64,000 nucleotides of DNA from Emiliania huxleyi CCMP1516 (Eukaryota). The stretch is from assembly GCF_000372725.1 (NCBI RefSeq), contig NW_005201391.1:112736-176735 (forward strand), in the 5' to 3' direction. The position numbers and the translations under genes are program-made. The notes under the pieces were generated by a model. It ran no database searches and was not told the origin of the DNA. It worked only from the letters and a program-made list of their open reading frames with translations. Below are positions 23,873 to 34,658 of the stretch, in pieces. Every line of letters begins with the position of its first letter. Positions within the stretch are counted from its first letter, which is position 1.

Positions 23873-26190
23873 CAGTGCTTGCCATTTACTGGTAAATGAG
23901 TGGTATTTACCACTTATTTGATTCTCCTAGGGAGTGGTATGGTATGAGCAGAGAGTGGTATGGAGGTGTGGACAAACCAGATCCCACTATGTTATATCAT
24001 AGGATATAACATACTGAGATACCAGGCTCTTCCCTGGCATATCAGCTATCAAGAAACCGTCGGACTTCTAGGAGGAGGAGCTCTGTGTTCTGCTTTTTCG
24101 ACATATCCCACAGAAAACATCCGGGCCATGGGAATATCGGTCCAGACACTCTGGGTTCTGGTTTTTCGAGGTGTGAACGATCTCCCCGTGGAGGGGTCAT
24201 TCCGGCGGAATGACCCTTCATTAACTAATCGGATTCCGAATGGGTCGAACGGGAGTACTAAGACAGCAGCATGTTCTGGGTGGGAGGAACCCTTTGGGGG
24301 GAACCGTTTTATCGCTCCAGGCATTATGGTTTCTGGTTTCTGGTTTCTGCTCCGAAAGCGAGGTTGGCGGCGCGCCGCGCTGCCACGCACTTTTGTGGCT
24401 CACGGGAGGGAGGCCTGCGATGCGGTCGAGTCCGCCAGGCTGCCGCGATCCCGAGCGGAAACGCCGTGGCAGCCAACATGGCTGCCTCGTGCATCGGACG
24501 CCGACCGGCGGGGCCGTTGCTTGTCATGCCCAAGCCCTGAAAGGCTGAGCTGTGAAAGGCAGGCGTTGTGCGAGTGTTTTGAGTACCTATCGCCTATCAA
24601 TAGAGTGTTTGGATCTACTCTGTTGGAGACAGAAAGAAGCTCTATCACAACGTCGGCGGAGCGGCCAATGCGCGCGGCGATCTTGAGGGCACCACCAGGA
24701 GCTGGCAAGGCCTCATCGCACGCTACCACACGTGCCGATCCGTGCCGAGAATTGCCCGCACCCGGCGTTGACAACCTCAGCTTAACACTCATCACCAGTC
24801 GCGACCAATCGGAGCAGAAACCAGAAACCAGAACGCAGATCCCGTTCCGTTTTCGCGGTTCCCATTTGAAAAAAAAATCGGAGGGGGTACACCTGTTCAT
24901 TGGCCGGAATGAGCTCATTAGGACGAAGCGGGAGATGTCTTCACACCGCAGAAACCAGACCCACAGGCAGATCCCACGGGAAATCGAGGCGGGTGTCCCA
25001 GAAAACAGATCCCAGAAAAAACAGAGCGCGCCGCAGAAACCGACCGACCCCTGGGTTTTCGGCTATGGGAAACCGCCATGGGAAACCGCAGCAGAAACCC
25101 TATGGGAAACCGACGTCTGGTATCTGCTTTGTCCACGAATGGTGGTATGGTAAAATACCGAACACAATACCGACCGCCCACCAGCCGGGCGCAGCCCGGC
25201 TGGGCGCCGGCCGCCGGTGGACCCCCCACTAGCCACTACGACCGCCCCCCATCCAGGAGAAGAGCGTGGCGGCCATGATGCCATCGCCATCGCCCGCCTC
25301 CTCCCCCGCACCAGCCGCAGGGCCAGCAACCTGGGGCATGGGGGCTCCGCCGCCGCCGCCACTCCCATCACTGCTGTCCGCAGCGCCGACCAGCTCCGCC
25401 AAGGCAGGTGCGCTCCACACTCGGCTCTCGTAGCGCCCGCGCGTGCTCTGCGCCCGCCACTCCTCGATGATCTCCTTCACCGGGATCTTTGTGGGGTCCT
25501 TCCACTCGGCGCCGAGCGAGCAGATGGTCATGAGCAACCGCAGCAGAACCTTTTTGGCATCGACGAGCGCCGCGCCGTCTTGAGGTTGTTCATCAGCGCA
25601 AAGCCGCGCTCGCACGCCTGACGATGCTTCCGCAGTGCGCTGTTCAGCTGCGACTTGCCGCAGTTCTCATACAGCTCTTCAAGTTCAACCCAGCGCGTGT
25701 CGGATAGCCATCGTCATGCCGGTCCTCTCTGAACTTGCCGCGCGTGAGGTAGCAAAGCTTTGTCGGCAGCAGCCAGCTTATTGCGCCGCATATTTGCAAT
25801 GAGCTGCTCGGGATCGCAGAAGCGCATGCCGAGCACTGCCTCGATCTTCAAGATGAACGTTGGCACAGCCGCGTCGTCCGCACCGCAAGCCGTGCCTGGC
25901 GCAGCGCCGCGGCCGTCCTCTGGCACTTGCAGCGGCAGCACATGGTGCGGTGCGCATACTTGAGCAGGCGGGTCGCGCCGCAGTTGGCACAGGGGCCCTG
26001 GGTGTAGGGCGAGCGCGGCATCGACGTCGCACCCGGGTATTTCTCGGGTATACCTGGACTTTTGCAGGTATACCCGGGTTTTACCCGGGGTTGCCCCGAG
26101 TCGGGTGGTAAATCTTACCACCGTTTGATTGTTTTGGCCGGAGAGTGTTTGATTGTTCTGGGGGGCTATACCGGTAAATGGCAAGCACTG
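23873..26190 (-). mobile_element. Defective hAT-superfamily DNA transposon
   Basis: 20-bp TIR CAGTGCTTGCCATTTAC(T/C)GG. Perfect 8-bp TSD CGCTGCGG (23865-23872, 26191-26198). Minus-strand remnant LSDTRWVE resembles the hAT TRW motif. Confidence 0.88.
23968..25136. mobile_element. Nested foldback-like element with long imperfect inverted arms
   Basis: GTGGACAAACCAGAT / ATCTGCTTTGTCCAC ends. Further inverted pairs at ~24150/24960, ~24198/24905 and 24330-24356/24810-24833. Confidence 0.65.
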
Positions 26191-27488
26191 CGCTGCGGTC
26201 ATCACACACTACACACACATCAGCGCCTCACCTCGACTTTTTTTTTTCGTTTTCGCTTAAAAAAAAACCTTGGTCCTTGGACCTTGCGCCAGTGCGCAGT
26301 GGCCACAGTGGCAGTGGCCAGTGCGATCCCCCCCCCCCCCCCCGCCCTGCCGCCAAGATCGTATACATTGCAATAATCGCTCTGGGGGGGCGCGGGGGCC
26401 CTAGAGGGTATCCATGCGGGGGGGCGATCGGGTCCCATGGCTCGCCGCAGGCGCCGATTTTTTGACATTTTTCCCTTTTTTTGCGCGATTTTTTGCTTGT
26501 GTTGTCATGGGAATTCGGCGTACTTGCGGCCATGCTATCACGCCTTGGCCCTTGCGACAGCCTGTCGGCGCTGCTGACCGTGCCATGCTGCACAATTGAT
26601 CACCCGCATAGGCCATAGCTCGCGGCCTTAGTATCCAGCATTCAGTGACGACCTGATCGTATGGCCAGTAGGAAGGCGTCCTTCAAGCTGCGTGCACGCT
26701 TCTGACGCAATGCGCGTCACCGAAACTGCCTCGGATTGGCTGCTGGCACTCTCGAGGCTATGCCTACACAGGTCAGCCTCGCGCGCATGGGCAGTCAAGA
26801 GGGACCACGCACCTTCTCAGGACAGCACCAGTGCCTCTCTCTTGGACCGGCAAACGTGGTGGTCTCGTGTTACCAATGTGGGACCAGTGCGGCATCGCGC
26901 CATCGTGCATCGACAGCTCTGAACTGCGCCTCACCACTGACTGGGAAGGCCGCCAAGTGGGTCAGCACCGGTCGCATATTGTGGCAGCAGTCAGCAGTGC
27001 ATGTCTGATAGCTAGAGCAGCAGCGTCAGGTTCTCGCAGGGTCGGATCGTGTCAAGCCTCTCGCCCGGCCGGCCGCGTGCAGACGTCGGCCCCTGTCTGC
27101 TGTCTGGAGTGATCTGTCGGCGGTCAGTACGACCGATCAGGTCGGAGTTTTCTGATGGTTGGAGGGTCTATCTGTATGTACTCCTCGAGATCTCTCCAAA
27201 TCTGCCCTCTGTTAGACCGGGTTAGATCGGGAAGTCGGTGCTAGCTGAGACTAGCGGAGCCGGGGCCCCGTTTCCGCACTGCTGCGCGGCGCACGGTGCC
27301 TCCGGGGGCCCCGCGCCCCCCCGAGCTCCAATGTCGCCCCCCCAGAGAATAATGAGGCGGAGGCGCGAGTCGGAAGGCCGCGACCCCGACCGTTTAAGTG
27401 TTCCCGACACTTTCCTAGAATCGCTGTGGACCCAGCCACGACCCACGTAGGGCAGCAGCTGGTTCGACAAGTCCTCTCTCTCCGTGGC

Positions 27489-28320
27489 CTAGGCAGCCGG
27501 TGCCACCCCAGGTGAATACAGCGTTTTCGGCGGTGAGGGCGAGGCTGTGGTTTCCAGCCGACACAGTGACCGCGCTGGCCAGCGAAGGGCTCGACCTTCT
27601 TCGGCAGCATCTGGCTCTGTCTGCTCGTTGCCGTGGCCTAGTCGGCCGTGGAGACCAAAGCCCCAGCTCCAGACGCTGCCGTCGGTGGTGATAGCGAGGC
27701 CGTGCCTGCTTCCCGCCGACACGGCGACAACGTGCTGGCCAGCCATGGCCTCGACCTTCTTCGGCAGCAGCTCCTGCTGCTCGTCGCCGTGGCCTAAGGC
27801 CTAAGAGCTAAGTGGCCGCTCCTCCCACCGCCCCAGCTCCAGACGGCACCGTCTGCGGTAGTGGCGAGGCTGTGGCTGGCTGCTGCCGAGAAAGCGACGA
27901 CGCGCCGCCCAGCAAAGGCCTCAACCTTCTTGGGCAGCAGCTGCCACTGCCAGTCGCCGTGGCCCAACCGGCCGAAGGCTCCACAGCCTCCCCAGCTCTA
28001 GACGGCGCGGTCGGCGGTGATGGCGATGCTGCGGTCGCGTCCCGCCGCCACAGCGACGACGCGCCGCCCAGCAAAGGCCTCGATGTTCGTTGGCAGCAGC
28101 TGCTCCTGCTGGTCGCCGTGGCCCAAACGGCCGCTCCCTCCAAAGTTTGGAACCAAAGCCCCAGCTCCAGACGGCTCCGACCCCGGTGAGGGCGAGGCTG
28201 TGCGTGGCGCCCGTAGACACAGTCACGGTGCGCTCACCCAGCAACGGGAGTCGGGTCGGCGTTGTCAGTCGCGACACGCCCTCACCGTGACCGAGGAGCC
28301 CTGGTGGTTTACCAAATCGA
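27489..28320 (-). pseudogene. RCC1-repeat protein pseudogene
   Basis: VSTGATHSLALTGVGAVWSWGFG, VSAGSRHGLAITTDGSVWSWGFGLHGRLGHG, LLPKKVE repeats spread over several frames with stops. Confidence 0.8.
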
Positions 28321-28545
28321 CCGCTCTGAGCCGCACGACGAGAGCCGCCCCTCGCCGTCGAGAGAGAAATCACTGTGAGAGTCGTGATTTCTTGCCGTCG
28401 ATGTCGGTGCAACGGAAGGGGGGCAAGGCGAAAAACAAAAAGGAAGCAAGGCGAAAATCAAGGCTGTCAGCGGGGAAAAGCGAGACGAGGTCTGACCGCG
28501 CTTCGAACGGATCTGCCAGGCGGCCAAGGCTGGAAAAAATTAAAA

Positions 28546-28617
28546 AGGTCTGACCGCGATTCGAACGCGGGATCTGCCGATCTGCGGTCGGCCGCCTTAC
28601 CGCTTGGCCACCAGACC
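28546..28617 (-). tRNA. tRNA-Cys(GCA), atypical C33
   Basis: Full cloverleaf GGTCTGG-TG-GCC AAGCGGTAA GGC-G-GCCGA CCGCAGA TCGGC-AGATC-CCGCG TTCGAAT CGCGG-TCAGACC-T. 72 nt, U discriminator, followed by a T run (Pol III terminator). Confidence 0.88.
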
Positions 28618-29321
28618 GTTTTCATGCGTGGTGCCGAGGCGAGCGCGATCTGGTCGTTCATAAAGGGTAAAAATATGGTTTTTTTGGTATAATTAATTTT
28701 TTGGAGGGATATTTGTGGGTTGATGTTTATTTTGATGTTTAGATATTAATATAAAAAAGGAAATTGTTTTTGTATGTGTGTGAGATGTGTGTGAAGAGGA
28801 GTGAGGGGGAGGGGGGATATGACTTATGTTGGGTGGGGGTTGAAGTGTGGCGGGTCGGGTCGTTTCGGGTGGATTGTATATGTGGTAAATCTGGACCGCC
28901 GACGAGGCGGGCACGTCGCGAGCGGGGACGGCCACACGCGTCGCCTCCCCCAGCGGCCGGAACTCTCCACTCGCACGAAGAGGCGAGGTTGCGAGGTTGG
29001 TGCTTCCTCGATGTGCGCACGCGAACGGCGAAGCTCCGCTGGCGCTGCGCGTCTGGGGTCAGGCTAAGGTGAGCTGAGGTGCTCGTCGGTCATCGCCCTC
29101 TTGTAGCCCGGTCGAACACCCCGGGTCGCGATTTTGGGAAGTGAATACGGGGGCTTTTTTACGATGAAATAAGAATCTAATGCCCGAGAGAAGCACATAG
29201 ACACCCACATGGTTGACCAACCCTTACTAGGTGAGCGTCAGTGTTCACATTCACACCCAACAGACCGGCTCCAGCACACACAGTACGAGCGTCTCAGCGC
29301 ACACAGCGGCATCCTCCGCGC

Positions 29322-29819
29322 CTAGGCCTCCATAGCGTCCTTGCCCTCGCCCTCCTCGCCCTCCTCGTCGTCCTCGTCGTCCTCCTCCTCCTCCGCCTCG
29401 AGCGCCGCCTCGTAGTCAGCGACAAAGTCGACCTCCCCGCACGGCACCTGGTCCTCCTCCTCCCATGTCGCGATCTCCGGGGGCCAGCCCTCCCACAGCA
29501 CCTTGTAGAGCACCGTCCCCGCCGCGATCTCCTCCCCCTCCCGCCCCGGCACGTCCCCGCCGTCGGCAACCATCTTGCCAATCAGCCGGCTGATGACGAA
29601 CTCGTCCGTCGGGTCCCACCCCCAGTCGTTGAGGTAGACCCAGCCGCGCTTCCGCTTCGCCTTCTTCTTCTTGGCCCCGCCGCCGCCGACCGTCTCGCGG
29701 CACCCCTTGCGGCGCAGCCCGTCCGACTCGCGCCCGTCGGTCCCCGCGTCACCCTCCGCGAGGTCATTGCAGCCGAGCCCGAACTTTTCGAAGATCAGCG
29801 ACTGCAGCTGCGTCCGCAT
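29322..29819 (-). CDS. Chromodomain-containing ORF inside the transposon
   Basis: EFVISRLIGK...YKVLWEGWPPEIATWEEEDQV retains the aromatic cage residues. Preceded by a basic NLS-like KKKKAKRKR; acidic tail. Confidence 0.75.
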   Translation of the reverse strand: MRTQLQSLIFEKFGLGCNDLAEGDAGTDGRESDGLRRKGCRETVGGGGAKKKKAKRKRGWVYLNDWGWDPTDEFVISRLIGKMVADGGDVPGREGEEIAAGTVLYKVLWEGWPPEIATWEEEDQVPCGEVDFVADYEAALEAEEEEDDEDDEEGEEGEGKDAMEA

Positions 29820-29927
29820 CTCCGGCCCCGTGCCTACCAGGACAGAGCGCCGGTGACAATCTCAACTACGACTACGGAGCAACCCAAGCGGCGGCGCCTG
29901 TCGTCTTGAAGCCGGTCTTCTTCTCAA

Positions 29928-31091
29928 TCAGCTTGTAGAACTTGAGCTGCTCAGCCAGCCTCTCGTTGCCCATCTTCTTGAGCTCCGAGTACTTGCACGC
30001 GAGCGAGATGCCCTACAAGCACGCGCGGTGCGGTGAGCAGGCGCGAGAGGGCTGCGGCGCGGGGCGGGGCGGCAAGCCTTGAGCCGCTCCAGCTCCTCCG
30101 CCTTCTTCTTTCGGGAACCGCGCAAGACCTCGAGCTGGTCCTCGAGCGCCGCGATCGCGCCCTGCAGCGCGGCGGCGGCCTCGCACGCCTCGTCGGCGCG
30201 GGCCTCCGCCTCGCTCGCGCGCCGCCTCTCCTCGTCTACCATCGAGTCGGCGTACGCCTTGATCTCCTTCCGGTGCCGCCCGAGCCGCAGCTCGTGATCG
30301 ATCTCCGCAGCCCGCGCCGCCGCCGCCGCCTCCCTGCGCACCTTTGCGACCTCGCGCTCGCGCGCGGCCTCCTGCTTGGCGCGGAGCTCGTCCGCCGCCT
30401 TCTCGGCCCGCTCGCGCTCGGCCGCGACTGCCTGCTGCACGGCCGCCGCCGCGGCCGCCGCCGCGCGGCGGTCGCGGTGGCCGAGGTCCGTGACGGCGCG
30501 CGAGAGGAGGCTGCGTTGGTACTCGATCTCGCGCTGCTGCCGCGCCGCGAGCCGCCGCAGCTTGACGACCTCCGACGGCGGCGGCGGGCGCTTCCCGCGC
30601 ACCGCCGCGGCGATGAGTCCGAGCGCATCCATGTCGAGCAGCCGCACGGCGCTCGAGGCGCCGAGCCGCTCGTGCGTCCCCATCGCAAAGGCGAGGAGCT
30701 TGAGGTCGGCGGGGATCTCTGCTGCTGCGGCGGCGGCGCCGCCGCCGCCGCCGCCGCCCGCGTCGGCCGCGGTCGAGGTCATCGTGGGGAAGGCGAAGCG
30801 CGACGCCGACTCGAGCTCGAGCAAGCGCATCGCCCGCTCGGCCTCGGCGAGGGTGTTGCCGTTGCGCTTGGACGCTGAGCGGAGGCGCGAGCGGACCTCC
30901 TCGCGGCGCCTGTTGTAGCGAGCGACGCTGCGCTCGCAGCGCAGCCAGAGCGCACTCACCGCGGAGCTGGGTGACGTGGGCAAGGACATCGGCCCGCTAG
31001 CGCTCGCCGCCTCGCAGGCAGCCACCCAGCGGGCAAAGATCAGGGTCTTATTGTCGAGCCCGCCCGTCGCCTTCGCCATCTTAGCCGCCAA
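29928..31091 (-). CDS. Coiled-coil hypothetical protein inside the transposon
   Basis: Long Ala/Glu/Arg-rich ORF with a LAFAMGTHERLG segment. No catalytic motif recognised. Confidence 0.5.
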   Translation of the reverse strand: MAAKMAKATGGLDNKTLIFARWVAACEAASASGPMSLPTSPSSAVSALWLRCERSVARYNRRREEVRSRLRSASKRNGNTLAEAERAMRLLELESASRFAFPTMTSTAADAGGGGGGGAAAAAAEIPADLKLLAFAMGTHERLGASSAVRLLDMDALGLIAAAVRGKRPPPPSEVVKLRRLAARQQREIEYQRSLLSRAVTDLGHRDRRAAAAAAAAVQQAVAAERERAEKAADELRAKQEAAREREVAKVRREAAAAARAAEIDHELRLGRHRKEIKAYADSMVDEERRRASEAEARADEACEAAAALQGAIAALEDQLEVLRGSRKKKAEELERLKACRPAPRRSPLAPAHRTARACRASRSRASTRSSRRWATRGWLSSSSSTS

Positions 31092-31951
31092 GTTGAGGAG
31101 GTAGGCGACGTGCGAGAGAGGGTGAGGCCGCCCTCAGGGCAAGCCACGGCCAGCGCCACGGCGCTCGGCTCATCCTTGGTCGCCAGGGAGGCCAGGGCAG
31201 CAGCCACAGCCTCAGAAGAAAAGTGCGCCGCCGGGCGCACTTTCTCGCGCGGGTCATTCTCGGTGTTGTCGGGGTCGTGCGAAGCTACGGCCTGCGAACG
31301 GCCGGTGGGCAGACGTCATGGCCGGCATGTACGACCCTTAAGAACCCGCGTACGACCAGAAGGTCGGCTGTGAGGCGAGGCTGAAGGCAGCCCAAAAACT
31401 GGTGGATTTGTGTTGCTGACAGTTGTGGGCGATCCCGCGCGCGAACTGACGGCAGGTAAGCCGGCAGGTGGGGGGGCGGGGGTGTGCCGGATGGATCCCC
31501 AAGCGGGCGAGCCGGGCCCGTGCATAGTTCGCGCTCGGGGGGCGCGCGAGCATGGGAAAGACGCACCTCCATCGTCCTTGCTTACCGGCGCTTTTCGGCC
31601 GTTGGCACCATCGTTGATGACGAGATTGCGCGGGACCGAAATCCCAAAACCTCTCAGCTCGAAGGGGGAATTTATTTGTTTGGGGGGTGTTCGACCGGGC
31701 TACGCTCTTGGTGCCGCGTTTTCCTTCTAGCTTCTTCTAGTGGCACGGTGGTCGTGCTTTTTCAACAATGCAAGGTGAAATATGACTCTATGACTGTATA
31801 CACAGTGTACACACATATGCGTAGTAGTTGCGCAGCTCTTCAGCTAAGACTTGTACACGAACAGCGCCTTCCCCGGCTCTCCGCTCGTTCACCGCCGGGG
31901 CGGGCGCCTGGCGGCGCCGCTGCGGCTCGACCGTCGAGGTCGGCTCACAGC

Positions 31952-34658
31952 TCACAAGCGCTCGAGCGCCTCCTCCACTGCGGCCACCGTCGCCGTCTCG
32001 CCAAAGTAGAGCCCAACGGCGGCGGCCGCATGTCCAGGCGCCGTCTGCGGGCCCGAGAGCAATTCCACCGCCTTCTCGTGCCAGTCGGGCTTGAAGGCGC
32101 CCGCGGCGTCCTCGACGAGACAGACGCGGAAGAAACGGTCGCACGCCTGCACCGCCGTCGCGAAAACGCACACGTTGGTGAGGATGCCGGCGAGGAGAAC
32201 CTTGCGCACGCCGCGCGCGCGCAGCTGCGCCTCGAGGTCGGTCGACGCGAAAGCGCCAAAGGTCCACTTGTCGACGACAACCTCGCCCGGCAGCGCGCGC
32301 AGCGACGGCAGCAAGTCGTAGCCGACGTCGACCGCGCCAAAATGCTGCGGCGCCCCGTCCGCGTCGTCGCCGAGGGCGGGCGCGCCAGGCTGCGGGCCGC
32401 GCAGCAAGTCGGCCCGCACGTCGGCACCGTATCGGTGCGAGCGCGAGTGCGCGATCGTGAGACCTGCCTTTCGCGCCGCCGCCAGCAGCCTCTCCACCTG
32501 TGCCGTCGCCTTGGCGAGGGCAGCGTGGCGGCTCGCGTCGTAGTGGCGGCCGAGCCGACCGGCGCGGTGAAGAAAGTCGACCTGCATGTCGATCAGGAGC
32601 AGCGCCGTGTCGGCGCGACTCACGCCAAAAGCGCGGTGGCCGACGCCGCGAGAGCAGCGCACCTGCGCCTCGCCGTCGAGCGTCGTCCCCGCCGCCAGCG
32701 CCGCGCTGATCGCCGCCTCTGCGACCGAGCGGCGCTTCATGGCACGAGCCTCGCGCACCGCGTCTGTGCGTGCCCACAGCTCGCGAAGCAGCCATCCGGC
32801 ACCAAACGCGACGAGGAGCTGCCTGCTGCTGGCCGCAAGGGAGGATGAGCGCAGCGTCGCCGCTGCCGCTAGCCCACCGATCAGCCCACCGAGCGCGCCG
32901 CCCGCCCGCCCCGCCCGCCCGATGGATACTGCGGCCGCTGCCGCCGCGCTCGCCGCGGCGGCGAGGGCTGCCGCCGTCTCCTTCTCGCGAGGCGACGTCT
33001 TCTTATAGGGAGGAGGAGGTGCGACGGCCACGAGGCTGGCCAACTCCGCTCCAAAGGCACCGCCGCCATAGCCCGCCGCCGCCGCGTAGCGCGCGAGCTG
33101 GTCGGCGTCCCACAGCGCGGCGAGCCGCGGCCGCCACGGCTCGCCTGCCGCCGCAGCGCCAGCCGCCGTGAGTGGACCACTGGCGTAGAGCTCGCGCGCG
33201 GCGCGGCAGGCGGCGGCGTCGAGGGCCGTGGCCTCCGCCGTGCGCAGCGCCGCCTCCGCGATGCCGCCCGTCCTCGCCTCGCTCAGCGCCACGCCTGCAA
33301 AGGCGGCGAGTCCCTCGGGGAAGCTCGTCATCGAAGGCTCCCCGGGCAGCGCCGCCGGCAGCGGCACAAAGCTCGGCGCCATGTAGGTGCTGAGGACCGT
33401 GCAGATCGACACCTCCGACGGCGGCGGGGCGGACGCGTCGAGCTCGCGCGCCGCGGCGTGCAGCAGCGCGACCACGGCGTGCGAGGTGCGCGCGGCGCGC
33501 AGGTCGAGTCGCACAGCGTCGGGCGCGATGGCGAGGTAGCGCGGCTCGCCGAGCAGGGCCTTGAGCACCACCGACTCGTGCACGAGGTAGACGGCGTACA
33601 GGTTGGCGTGCGCCATGTTTCCCGTCACAACGTTGGCCGGGTTGACGCGCGCCGGGCTCGCACCTGCATGCTCGCGCGCTCCCTCTTCCTTGATGTCGAG
33701 AAAAGCACGCACGCCGCGCACGACGGCGGAGCCCACGAGCAGCGCGGCGCAGCCGGGCGCGTCGAGGTTGGCGCGCAGCTCGAAGCCGTCCTGCAGAGTG
33801 CCCGACACAGCGAGCAGCGTGCGTCGGCCCGATGCCGCCGCCGCCGTGGTGGCGGCGGTGGTGACAGGAGGAAGAGGAGCCGCCGCCGGCGGAGGCGGCG
33901 GAGGCGCCGTGTAGCCATGGAGGGCGGCGATCACATCGGCCGAGGGCGCTGCCCAGCCGACGATGCCGCCCTGCGCGACGATCATCTCGAGCGCCGCGCG
34001 CTTCAGCTGGGGGAAGTAGCTCTCCGTCGCGTCGGCCACCACGAGGCATTCGTAGCCGCGATCGTTGGCCTCTCGCATGCTCGTCTGCACGCAAACCTAC
34101 GGTCGGTCGTTTGCCGCCGTGTGTGGCCGTGGTGTGCTGCGCAGCTCCCGGGCACTTTCACACCTCGGTCGTCACGCCCGTCAGGAGCAGGTGCGTGACG
34201 CCGAGGCGCTGCAGCTCGTCGTGCAGCCGTGTGTTGAAGAAGGCGCCCTTGCCCGGCTTGTGCACGATCAGCTCGCCGGCGACGGGAGCCACCTCGTCGA
34301 CGATCGCGTTGCCCGGCTCGCCGGCGACGAGAACGCGGCCGCGGGCAGCGTCGAGGACGGTGCCGATGGCGGGGCAGCGAGTGAGCTTTGCCGGCGGGCA
34401 GTCGGCGAGATCGGCGGTGTGCGCCTCGAGCGTGTGCACCACGGTGACGCCCGCGGCACGCGCGGCCGCGAGTACGGCGGCAGCGGGCTTGAGCGCAGTG
34501 CGCAGCGGAGCCACGTCGTTGCCGAGGCAGTGGCCGAAGCCGCCCTCGTCGAGAAAGTCGCGCTGCCAGTCAATCATGAGGAGCGCGACGCGGCCAGTAG
34601 ACGGCATCGCGAAGGAGAAGGGTTCCGCGTCGTCGATTGCGAGAGCCATGCCGACCAT
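31952..34658 (-). CDS. Multi-domain isochorismatase-family amidase: TrtA (triuret hydrolase)-like domain + allophanate-hydrolase-C-like domain + second cysteine hydrolase domain; intron 34097-34163
   Basis: IDWQRDF..GGFG..LGND, KPGKGAF, GVTTE|VCVQTSMREANDRGYECL, SYFP, AQGGIVGW; LAVSGTLQDGFEL; IDMQVDF, DKWTFGAF, GILTNVCV. Confidence 0.85.

Larger units (their letters stand above)
29104..31702 (-). mobile_element. hAT-type non-autonomous element carrying coiled-coil and chromodomain coding fragments
   Basis: TIR TAGCCCGGTCGAACACCCC / GGGGTGTTCGACCGGGCTA. 8-bp flanks CCCTCTTG vs CGCTCTTG (7/8). Confidence 0.8.

Noticed and set aside
23960..25153. 397-aa ORF as a transposase
   Set aside because: It has no recognisable motif and runs through the inverted-repeat arms.
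31484..32848. 454-aa + strand ORF
   Set aside because: It is the antisense shadow of the amidase gene.
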